From Vitrella brassicaformis CCMP3155 (taxonomy: Eukaryota > Protista > Chromerida), in the NCBI GenBank assembly GCA_001179505.1, contig CDMY01000555.1, positions 1 through 52,274 of the forward strand: a DNA stretch of 52,274 nucleotides. The letters are read 5' to 3'. Positions 27,222 to 37,185 of this stretch are shown piece after piece. The translations under genes and the position numbers were made by a program. The notes beneath the pieces were generated by a model, which had not been told where the DNA came from, made no database searches, and saw only the letters and a program-made list of their open reading frames with translations. Positions within the stretch are counted from its first letter, which is position 1. Each line of letters opens with the position of its first letter.

Positions 27222-27929
27222 GGCATCAAACACAAACAAACAACCAAAAAGCACAAGTGAACGAAGAGGCGCTGTGCCTGATGGCTGGCGCACCGTATTG
27301 CGGCTGCACAGGCATAGCGAGTGGCGCAAATCAGCCAGCCCCTCTCTCTCCCGGGGGCGCGGGTGACAAATGGCTGGTGACACCTGATCTTGATATCAGC
27401 ACGTCCCTCTCATGCAACACGCGGACACTCTCACAGAGAAGCACTGCGTTGCGCCTCCTTTTCCGGCGACAAGCTCGCAGCGATGCTGTGTGAATAAAAG
27501 TGAAGCACCACGACTCTCTCACAGCTTGTCCACGTCAGCAGACACAGTAAGGAAGGAATCAAACGAAAAAACCGAACCTGTATGACCTCCCTGTTTGCCG
27601 CTTTGTCAGATGTTGCCCCGTCTGTGAAGCAGCAAACGGAGAAGCAGCGTTTGTCTTTGGAGTCTGCTTGGGCTGCCGATGCACCTGCTGATAATATGAG
27701 TGACCGAGGAAGGGCATGTGACGGAAAAGCAGAGCACCACTGGGTAGGATTTCTGTGTGTTTCACTGTGCAGGTGTTGCTGAAGGCTGTGTTGTGGCGGC
27801 CGCCGACTGATCGAGGGGCTGGCTGACCAGGTGTGCCAGCAATGATGGAAGAAAGAAGGCTTGCAAGTGACTGTGTGAGTCTGTGTCTTTCTCTGTACCT
27901 CTGTCCGCGCAGGCTTGCGACCTGGTGTG

Positions 27930-29703
27930 ATGGCCCAATCGTCGTCTGCCGCATCGCAAGCATCTCCTGCTGCCGTGCCGCCACACGGCTGCAAGGGGCT
28001 GGATGACGTCTACATCGTCCCCGATGGGGGGCGTCAGTCCTGTCACTCGGCAGCTGTTGGAGGGCTGCGCTCGCCGCACCTTCACCGTCGGCCAAGTCGC
28101 ACGGCTGATACGTCAGGGGGCCGACCCGAGAGCCCTCGGCCGCCTTCGTGTCCACGGCAGCATCCCAGGAAGGGCCCCGTCCTGGCAAAACAGGCGATGC
28201 AGCTGCCTGTCTTTCGCCATCGACAGCCCTACAAACAGACCATTCCTCGTCGCGAGCGGCGCTGATGACTCCCAGGTGCCCGTGGTCCTGCCGCAGTGGT
28301 CCTCCCGTCAGCTGCAGCGTGACATCCTCAGTGCACTCATCGACGGCGGTGCGGACATCAATGCGGACGACTTTGTTGAGCAGCCGCCCATCATGGTGGC
28401 GATTCGTGCGGGCAATATGACGGCAGTGGAGGCCCTCCTGGCGCGTCAGGCCGACGTGCGGGGAATTTGGGGCCCGGTGATGCGGCTTCCCCACCTCGGT
28501 CGTGCTGCCCCTTCCGCCACCCGTGAGTACGAGGAGACTCTCATGTCCATCTATCGCAGGCTGGTCCAACACGACAGCACTCTCGCAGCCGAACGGTCCG
28601 CTGGTGGAGACAGTCTGGTGCATGAGGCAGCCGTGGCCCCCTCCATCTTCTCCCAGCAATTCATCGACCAGTACCTCACCCTCATCACCAGCCATGGAGC
28701 CGATATCACGGCAAGAGACCCCGTGGGCTACACGCCACTGCACGTGGCAGCATTGCGTGGCTCCGCCTTCTTGGCTGAGTGGCTGTGCCGCCGGATCACA
28801 GCCGTCGACGTCAACCGAGGAAGGCCCCCTCAGCCTCATAGGACACCCCTCGCCGTCGCTGCCGAGGCTCTCGATGGCGTCATCCGAGCGCAGCAGCATC
28901 AGCAGCAGCAGCTGGGAGAAGCACTGGGAGAGCGGGACACGAGACGGATCCGCCAGCACAAGACCATCATCCAGACGCTGCTGCGCAGCGGGGCGGCCCC
29001 ATCCATCGCCCTCATGCCCACAGCAACGGAGTGGGACCGCCGTCATCGCCAAGTGGTAGTGACGGAGCACGCCACAGTGCTAAATGAGGTGCCCGGGGTC
29101 GTCATGTGGGTCATCAACGGCGCCCTCGCCCCCCAGCGCGACCACTCGATGCTTCTCGCCCGTCTGCTGCCCCTGGCCCCCCACCACGACGGCGCCCACC
29201 CCCACCCCTCCCCATCCAACATGGCATTCGGCCCACACGAGGCAGAGGCCATCGCATGGAAGATCGGCGCCTTCCTGCACGAGCCCCCCGCCGCTGTGGC
29301 CGCCATCGACCAGTACCTCATTGGCGAGTCGGTGCTGAGGCGCCGCGTGCGTGCGGCCGTCGGCCATTTCGTCAAGTCGGCGGCCACACAGACGAGCAGC
29401 AACAGGGAGGTGGTGGGCGGGACGAGATACCAGCAGCAGGGCGACAAGCGCGTCAAGGTGACCGTGCCGCCGCTGCAGTGCTTCGCCGTTCGTGGCAGTG
29501 GGGGGCAGAAGGGGGAAAAGATGACGGGTGTGCGTGAGGTGGTGCACAAGGCCTGGCTCGACGAGGTGGCGAAGTATCATCTGGTGGGTGTGGTCAAGGG
29601 CTTCAACGAGCACCTCGACGATCAGGACTGCCAGTGCGAGTGGGGCCAGCTGGGGCGAATCGACAGGCAGACCGGGCTGTTTGTGTCGCTGGGCATCGAA
29701 TGA
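27930..29703 (+). CDS. Ankyrin-repeat protein, family copy 1; +1 frameshift at 28026-28031 relative to copy 2, open from ATG 28003
   Basis: GADITARDPVGYTPLHVAALRGSAFLAEWL ankyrin consensus; 566-aa intronless ORF 28003-29703; C-terminal module shared with copies 2 and 3. The homologous N-terminus (MAQ...GLDDVYIVPD) lies in another frame from ATG 27930. Confidence 0.88.
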
Positions 29704-30070
29704 CTGGGAGGGAGAGGGCAGTACGGGTGAGATGGCTGCATTGTCTCCTCCTCTTTACTGCGATTCAATGACGCTTCTGATTCCGAGTTTTGCCGTTTTT
29801 CAACAGCTGCATACGAACAATGGCGACCCGACTACGTAGCTGTGTTCGTTACCGATTCATGACAAATCATGTCTTTCATTCGCATGGCCTCACGAACATA
29901 TAAACCGTCTCTCACTTCAGTCGCTCATAATATCCCACCTCTCACACAGAGAGATGCGCTGACAAATAAAGATCACCAGCCAGACCAGATGACAAATGAC
30001 ACGCAAATCAGTGCACACACGAACCACACAGATGGAAAAAATGATATCAGACGATCACAGCTAGATGATA

Positions 30071-31045
30071 TCAGATGAGTCCTCGTTTCCCATCGGCCAA
30101 CGTCACCACCCCACCCTCCACCCTCTCGCGCACCGAGGGGCCACGAAGCGGCTGCCGGTGTCGGGCCACTCTCTCCTCTATAGCAGAGGGGCAGCGCACA
30201 CGCGAGAGCTCCTCCTCGATCAGCCGCATCTGAGCGGGGGTCATGTCGGCATACTCGGCCAGCGAGCTGCCCGTGCCGGTGAGGCTCCTGACGTCTCTCG
30301 CATAGTCGACCAGTTGTTTGCGGAAGGCGTCGACGTGGCTGAGGACGCTCTCGATGTACTCAGTCTTGACACTGACCACCGACACATCCCTCTGCACACA
30401 TAGAGAGAAAAGGGGAGAGATGAGTTCACTTAGCCACAGGTGACTGTGTGCTGTGCCTTTGTGTTCTTCCTCTGATCTCACCTGTGTGGCGCGCTGGTCG
30501 CACAGCCGTGTGAAGAGGGCATGCAGGCCCGCCCTCTGGGTGATCTCCTGCACGATGGCCTTCCGCCACTCCTCGCGACTCAGGAGTGCCTTGATGCCCA
30601 TAAGCCGCTTGCACATTGGGGCGGCTGTGCAGCCGAGCAGCTCAGTCATCCTCTCTTCCCCACCGCCCCAAACAGCTGGCCTGCAGCGTCTCTCAGCGAC
30701 GTGGTGAGCACCTGCACACGCCACATGCAGCAATCAGTGCCATCCGTCTGTCCCTCTCTCCCTCCTCCCCTGTTGCCTACGTGTGCGTCGTGCGGCACAA
30801 ATTACAAGTGGAAGACCTCTCCATAGACAGACAGGGCGCATTTCTCCCCCCTCCAAAAGGCCGAGTCGAAGGTGTCACAGATCAATGGGGCGGGGAAGAG
30901 CGGCGGCTGTCTGCTCAGCAGGTCATAAACCGTCTTCTGCATCACGTCCCAGCTCCTTGTGTCGCTTCTTCTGGGCCTTGGCCTGCTGCTTCTGCTTCTT
31001 GGCGTTGGCCGCCTTGCTGCTGCTGCTCGCCTCCTTCTTGCCCAT
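30071..31045 (-). CDS. Hypothetical protein with Lys-rich N-terminus, about 3 exons
   Basis: MGKKEASSSSKAANAKKQKQQAKAQKKRHKELG..., LLSREEWRKAIVQEITQRAGLHALFTRLCDQRATQ/RDVSVVSVKTEYIESVL...GKRGLI*; typical microsatellite intron at ~30385-30481. No family recognised. Confidence 0.55.
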
Positions 31046-31343
31046 CGACGACTACGACAAAATGAATTGATCGAACCGACGTCAGGGGCCTTCACCCGGG
31101 CAGATCTGTGTCGATTTGTCCTCAGCGCCCCAGCGTCGGGAGCGGCCTCTGCGGCGGTTGCGAGCTGGATCGCGAGACAGAAATGAGGGACGCTCTCTCT
31201 CTAAGGCTTCCGAACGCATCTTGCTTCCGAAGGAAACGAGAATATCGAGCATTGGTGACCTTCCTCCCGCCCAACTGTCACAAAGTGTTGGTTCTTGCAG
31301 TAGTCTGATTCACTGTGATATGGTACGATCAATGCACCAATGA

Positions 31344-33065
31344 ATGCCCAGGCTGGCATCTCTGTGTTCTCTGCAGGTGTCGGCATACCTGGCTTGCTGG
31401 GGGCTGGACGACGTCGACATCGTCCCCGATGAGGGCGTGAGTGCTGTGAGTCGGCAGCTGTTGGAGGGCTGCATCCGCCGCAGCTTCACCGACGTCAGCC
31501 AAGTCACATGGCTGATACATCAGGGGGCCGACCCGAGAGCCACCGGCGGCCTGCGCCGCCGCGGCAGCACACTACTTCCGACTACTACGCGATACAGCTG
31601 CCTGCTTTTCACCATCGACAGCCCAACGAACTACCCGTTTCTTTATGCAAAGGACGTGTATTATTTCCGAGAAGATGATGATGATGATCCAGACACCTCT
31701 CGGCGGCCCGTCGTCTTTCCGCCCTGGTCCTCCCGTCAGCTGCAGCGTGACATCCTCAGTGCACTCATCGACGGCGGTGCGGACGTCAATGGGGGCAGAG
31801 TGCTCTCATGGGACAGGCCCATCCGAGTGGCGATTCGTGCGGGCGACCTGACGGCTGTGGAAGTCCTCCTGGAGCGGCAGGCCAACGTGCGTGGAGTCCA
31901 GGACCAGGTGATGCAGCTTCCCTGCCACGTTCCCAGCCACCCCACTCGTGAGTACGAGGCTGCCCTCATGGGTGTCTATCGCCGGCTCATCCAACACGAC
32001 AGCACACTCGCAGCCGAGCGGGTCGGTAGAGACAGTCTGGTCCATTTGGCAGCCAAGGCCCCCTTCTCCCAACAATTCATCGACCAGTACCTGACCCTCA
32101 TCACCAGCCATGGAGCCGATATGACGGCAACAAACCGCCTGGGCAGGACGCCACTGCACGAGGCAGCATGGTGTGGGTCCCGGTGTGTGGCTCATTGGCT
32201 GTGCAGCAAGCTGACAACCGAAGACATCAACAGGGGAATGCCGAATCAGCCCGACATGACACCCCTCGCCTTCGGTGCCGAGGCTCTCTACATCCATATC
32301 CGAAACCAGCAGCAGTCACGAAGGCGGTGGCGGCTACGACTGATCCGCCAGTACAAGATAACCATCCGTGTGCTGCTGCAGAGCGGGGCGGCGCCATCGA
32401 TTGCCCTCATGCCCACCGTCACCCAGGAGCAGCGCAGTTGCCGTCAAGTGGTGCTGCCCGAATATGCCACAGTGCTGAGCGAGCTGCCGGATGACATCAT
32501 GTCGGCCATCAACGGCGCCCTCGCCCCCCAGCGCGACCACTCGCTGCTTCTCGCCCGTCTGCTGCCCCTCGCCCCCCACCACGACGGCGCCCACCCCCAC
32601 CCCTCCCCATCCAACATGGCATTCGGCCCACACGAGGCAGAGGCCATCGCATGGAAGATCGGCGCCTTCCTCCACGAGCCCCCCGCTGCGGTGGCGCTCC
32701 TCGACAAGTACCTCCCTGGCGACTCGCTGCTGAGGCGCCGCGTGGGTGCGGCTGTCGGCCACTTCGTCAAGTCGGCGGCAACCCAGACGAGCAGCAACAG
32801 GGAGGTGGTGGGCGGCATGGCCAGTGTGGGCGGCGTGGTGGTGCGTGTGCCGTTGCAGTGCTTCGCCGTGAGGGGCAGTGGGCTGACGGGTGTGCGAGAG
32901 GTGGTGCACCGGGCCCGGCTGGACGAGGCGGTACTGCATGGCGCGCATGGTGTGGTCAAGGGCTTCAACGAGCATCTGGGCGACCAGGACTGCCAGTTCG
33001 AGTGGGGCCAGCTGGGGCGAATCGACAGGCAGGCCGGCCTGTTTGTGTCGCTGGGCATCGAATGA
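31344..33065 (+). CDS. Ankyrin-repeat protein, family copy 2 (intronless body; true start may be in an upstream exon)
   Basis: 573-aa ORF; GADMTATNRLGRTPLHEAAWCGSRCVAHWL; shared C-terminal module; acceptor-like gtgttctctgcag at ~31365-31377. Confidence 0.9.
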   Translation: MPRLASLCSLQVSAYLACWGLDDVDIVPDEGVSAVSRQLLEGCIRRSFTDVSQVTWLIHQGADPRATGGLRRRGSTLLPTTTRYSCLLFTIDSPTNYPFLYAKDVYYFREDDDDDPDTSRRPVVFPPWSSRQLQRDILSALIDGGADVNGGRVLSWDRPIRVAIRAGDLTAVEVLLERQANVRGVQDQVMQLPCHVPSHPTREYEAALMGVYRRLIQHDSTLAAERVGRDSLVHLAAKAPFSQQFIDQYLTLITSHGADMTATNRLGRTPLHEAAWCGSRCVAHWLCSKLTTEDINRGMPNQPDMTPLAFGAEALYIHIRNQQQSRRRWRLRLIRQYKITIRVLLQSGAAPSIALMPTVTQEQRSCRQVVLPEYATVLSELPDDIMSAINGALAPQRDHSLLLARLLPLAPHHDGAHPHPSPSNMAFGPHEAEAIAWKIGAFLHEPPAAVALLDKYLPGDSLLRRRVGAAVGHFVKSAATQTSSNREVVGGMASVGGVVVRVPLQCFAVRGSGLTGVREVVHRARLDEAVLHGAHGVVKGFNEHLGDQDCQFEWGQLGRIDRQAGLFVSLGIE

Positions 33066-33442
33066 TGCCATTTGTGGTGGAATCGGCCGACGACCCCACT
33101 CATACCCAAGCGTTGGGGGGGTGGGAGGGGCGACTGATGGATGGAAACAGATCTGGGGGGAGGGAGATGCTTTCTTTGCCGTAGAATGCTGGCCAGCCTT
33201 GCTGGCGGTGCGAGGTGGTGGGGTTAGTGGGCCGAGGAATTGCTGAGGTCATGTTGATGACCAATTTTGGACGGACAAGCTGCACGTTTGATGGATTGCA
33301 TTGCTTACGTCCATAATAAAGGCACTCACTGTACAGTCAGTCAGTCAGTCACTTGGTGGATGTCACTTCTGTAAGGTAACACTCACACACACTTCCTTTT
33401 ACACAGCAATGCAGTCGACAGACAGACATATTCTGGGGGCAC

Positions 33443-36400
33443 TCACACCCAGTTTAAGGACTTCTCCACTGCGTCGTTCCAGCCTCTGATCTTCGCCTCA
33501 ACAAAATCCTGCACACAGACAGACAGACAGACATAAAGGTACCCGTGTGCATCAGCCAGCAGTGGCTGTCCGCTTGCCTGTGTGACGCCTGGGGTCCACC
33601 TCGTGTCGTGGTCATTGAGGTTCTGGTCAAGCCAATCGATCAGCACAGACACACGCCCACACACACATGCACAGAGGATGATGGTTGTGCTGCTGCTGCT
33701 TACATTGAGCTCGTCAAGCGAGTCCCAAAATCCCACACCGAGGCCTGAACACCTCCCATCCATGGCACACATCACCATAAGGGCGGCCATGCCACGGTGG
33801 CCGCGGCGCAGTCGCGTCCGTCTGTGTGTGTCTGCGGCTGACTGACTCACTGACCGGCAGCGAATGCAGCCCCCATAGCGGTCACTTCGACGTTCTTGGG
33901 CTTCTCTGTTGATCGACAAGATACATAGGTGTACAGTAGATACACGCCGGTGGGTGCGGTGGCCGGGGGGCTCAGCTGCTCGAGTGCCTTGCGTGCCATT
34001 CAATGGCAGGGCATACCGACAGTGGTTTGCACCAGGTTGGCATTGAGCTGCATGAAGGTGCTGTTCTTGGTCATACCTGCAGTGCAACCAACACGGACGG
34101 AACCACACAGCAAGCCAACGACGTAAAGTAAGTAAAGGGCCACCCACATGAATTTCAGTAATGGCTATCCTATCAAGAATACGCACAGCACCTCCATCTA
34201 CTTTGAGCAGGGGCACGCTGTCGATCTGCATGTCTTTCCTCATCGCCGCCACGATCTGATTGATATATGGGGTGGACAGACAGACAGACAGACAGACAGA
34301 GATGACGCTCAAAGCCCACGCGGAAAAGTGAGAAGCGGCCTGCCGCCGTCCTGTTCGGCGACTGACTCACACGCACCTCATTGAGTTGGAAGGCGATCGC
34401 CTCGAACAGCGCCCGGACGATGTGGGCCTTGGTGGTGCCCTGGGTGATGCCAACGATGCACCTACGAACACACACCGAGAGACAGAGAAGCATCCCTCCT
34501 ATCCCTCCCTCCCTCTCTCCATCCATCCATCCATCTCTTGGCTTGTTTGTCCAGCCACTCCACTCCCCTCACCCTCTGGCGTCCGACCGCCACCTGGGGG
34601 CAAAGAGGCCGGCGAATGCAGGGACAAAGAACACGCCCTCAGTGTCGTCGATGGCCCGCAGCAGCTGCTCGCTCTCCTGTGCCGTGTCGATGGCACCCAG
34701 GTTGTCCTTGAGCCAGCTGATGGCCGCACCAGCTATGGCTATCGACCCCTGACAGACAGAGGACGCACTTATGTGAGCTGGTCGGTCGCATGTTTGGCTT
34801 TGTGGTGACCTCGATGGCCCATGTGACTGGCCTGTCTCGGCCGAGCTGGTAGCAGGGAGTGGTGAGGAGGCCGTGGGTCGACAGCACCTTCTCCTCGCCT
34901 GACGGACCGACACCAATGAACGAATGCCACGCCATTGTCCAGATTGTCAGCAGGGAGGGAGGGAGGGAGGCATCGTTCGGGTAGGTGGACTCACACCTGC
35001 GTTGATGAGGATGAAGGCACCGGTGCCATAGGTGCACTTGACCTGCACACAGACACACACAGACACACACATGACGGACGGTTCGAGGCACGATGGGTCG
35101 GTCCGTCTTGTTGGTTGCCCGCTCACCTGTCCCTTCTTGAAGAGCCCCTGGCCAACACAAGCAGATTGCTGGTCGCCCAGACACTGAACACGCACACACA
35201 CACACACACACAAACAGAGCAGAGCAGAGCAGAGCACAACAGACTAGCCTCATCTGCTGGCCATCCAGCCAAAACGAGAGTGCGGCGTGTGGATAATCCC
35301 CCAACCCACTCCCACCCCAGCAATAGGGACGTTCTCGAGATCCGAAAGCCCCACGTCACGCAGCCGCCCGTACACTTCAGACGAAGACCTGACAAGACAG
35401 AGACAAACGAAAGGACCACATCAGATGCCGATTTCCCCTGCCAGGTACACTCGTCATTGGGACCAACCTGATTTCGGGCAGGCAGCTCCTCGGTATGCCA
35501 AATACACTGATCATGCCAAACACAGTGCAGACTTGACAGGCAAACCCCTTTGTTTGTCTTGGCGGCTTACTCACTCACCCGAGCATGTGGTCGGACCACG
35601 TGCAGGTGTTGATGTCCATTAGGAAGGTGCGGGAGGCGTTGGTCACGTCCGTCACAAAGGCACCGCCGTCAGCACCGCCAGTCAGATTCTGCAAACGATA
35701 CACACACAGATGGATAACAGACGATCACACATTCGCCGTCCCGCCTACCTACCCATATCAGCCACGTGTCTATGGTGCCGATCAACGCCTCGCCGTCACG
35801 CAGAGCTGCAGCCAGCCGCTCATTAGTTAGTCATCCAACACATCTCGATGGAGGCTCCTCGTTGTCTGACCTTGTTCGATGTGTGGGTGGTTCCTCATGA
35901 GCCACAGCACCTTGAAGGCCGAGAAATACGACGATATGGGCGTCCCGGTGATCGACCGGAACGCATCCTGAGACCAACCACACCAGACGACACCAGACCA
36001 GACGACACCGTCCCGCTCGCTCATGGATGGAGTGACACACAGGCATCGTGGCTGTCATGCGTACCGCTCCTCCGTACTTCTCCGAGAACTCCTGCACGAT
36101 GCCCGACGTCCGTGTGTCGAGCCACACTGCACAGAGGGGTATACACACACACACGCACAGGAGGATCCATCAAGAGCCCTGCAGGCACGGTGTGGTGTGG
36201 TGTGCTGTCGATTGATGGATGCATCACACCCATCAATCACCGACCGATTGCCTGGTGCAGCGGCTGTCCCGTCCTCTTGTCCCAGACCACGACCGTCTCG
36301 CGCTGATTGGTGATGCCCACTGCAACCACCTTGAGCGAACGGTGCTGATGACACACAACACATCCACGACCAAAAGGAGAATCTCTCTGCTCAGGCAAGG

Positions 36401-36910
36401 ACACTTGTGTGCGCGCGCCGTACCAGAGCGATGGCCTCGAGCATTGCGGCCCTCATTGCCTCCTTGGTAGAGGCCAGAATCTCCATCGCATCGTGCTGCA
36501 CCCACCTGCAAGCAACCAAACACCATGCACAATCACATGCAATGGACCGTTCCTCTCGATGGATGCATCATGGCGCTTGCCCTGGTTTGGGGAAGAACTG
36601 CTCGTGCGTCGACATGGCGTCGCTGACGACCTGGCCAGCATGGTCCAGCAGCATGAACCTCGTTGACTGAGTGCCCTGCTCACAGAACAGACACACGAAG
36701 ATCCATCATATCAGTCCAGATGCCCCCTTATGTCCGTGCAGTGGTTGCCGACTGGCTGACCTGATCAATGGAGGCGACGAGGGATATCGGCTTGTCGCTC
36801 ATCTTCGTCGTTGCAAACAGCCGCAGAGATCCAGGCAGCCAATGAGTCGGGAACCGGAACCGTCGCCTGCTCAAGCCTTGCAGAGCAGCATACACTCTCA
36901 CATCAAGCAT
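33443..36910 (-). CDS. GK: Glycerol kinase (FGGY family), many exons; possible N-terminal mitochondrial presequence
   Basis: [118 protein letters not shown]. Catalytic-domain start MSDK at 36802; in-frame upstream ATG at 36910. Confidence 0.96.
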
Positions 36911-37185
36911 TCATCACCCTCCTCACTCTTCTGCTCGAGCTGAGCTCGCAGACCTGGGCTAGGGTGCTCCCTTGAAACCGCTGCCGCTGGAGGGCTGAAT
37001 CGTGAGGGCTGTGGGCAATTGGCTGTGGGACGGAAATCCGCCTCTTCGTTCTTCTTGAGACGATTCTCATCTCCATGGTAAGCACGCCACACCTCGTCAC
37101 TCACCCGCACAAGTCATTCATGTCATGGTCGCTTTCAATTGGTCGCTTTGTTTGTTCGTTGATGCAGTAGAGATTGAGGATTGAA

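Noticed and set aside
27582-27782. 66-aa ORF MTSLFAALSD... upstream of ANK copy 1
   Set aside because: No homology to copies 2 or 3 and downstream putative exons contain stops; at most a 5'-UTR uORF.
27559-29070. 503-aa antisense ORF (also 32334-33071 and 37720-38835) over the ankyrin genes
   Set aside because: Shadow frames expected from GC3-rich codon usage; no recognisable motifs, and the sense frames carry clear ANK consensus.
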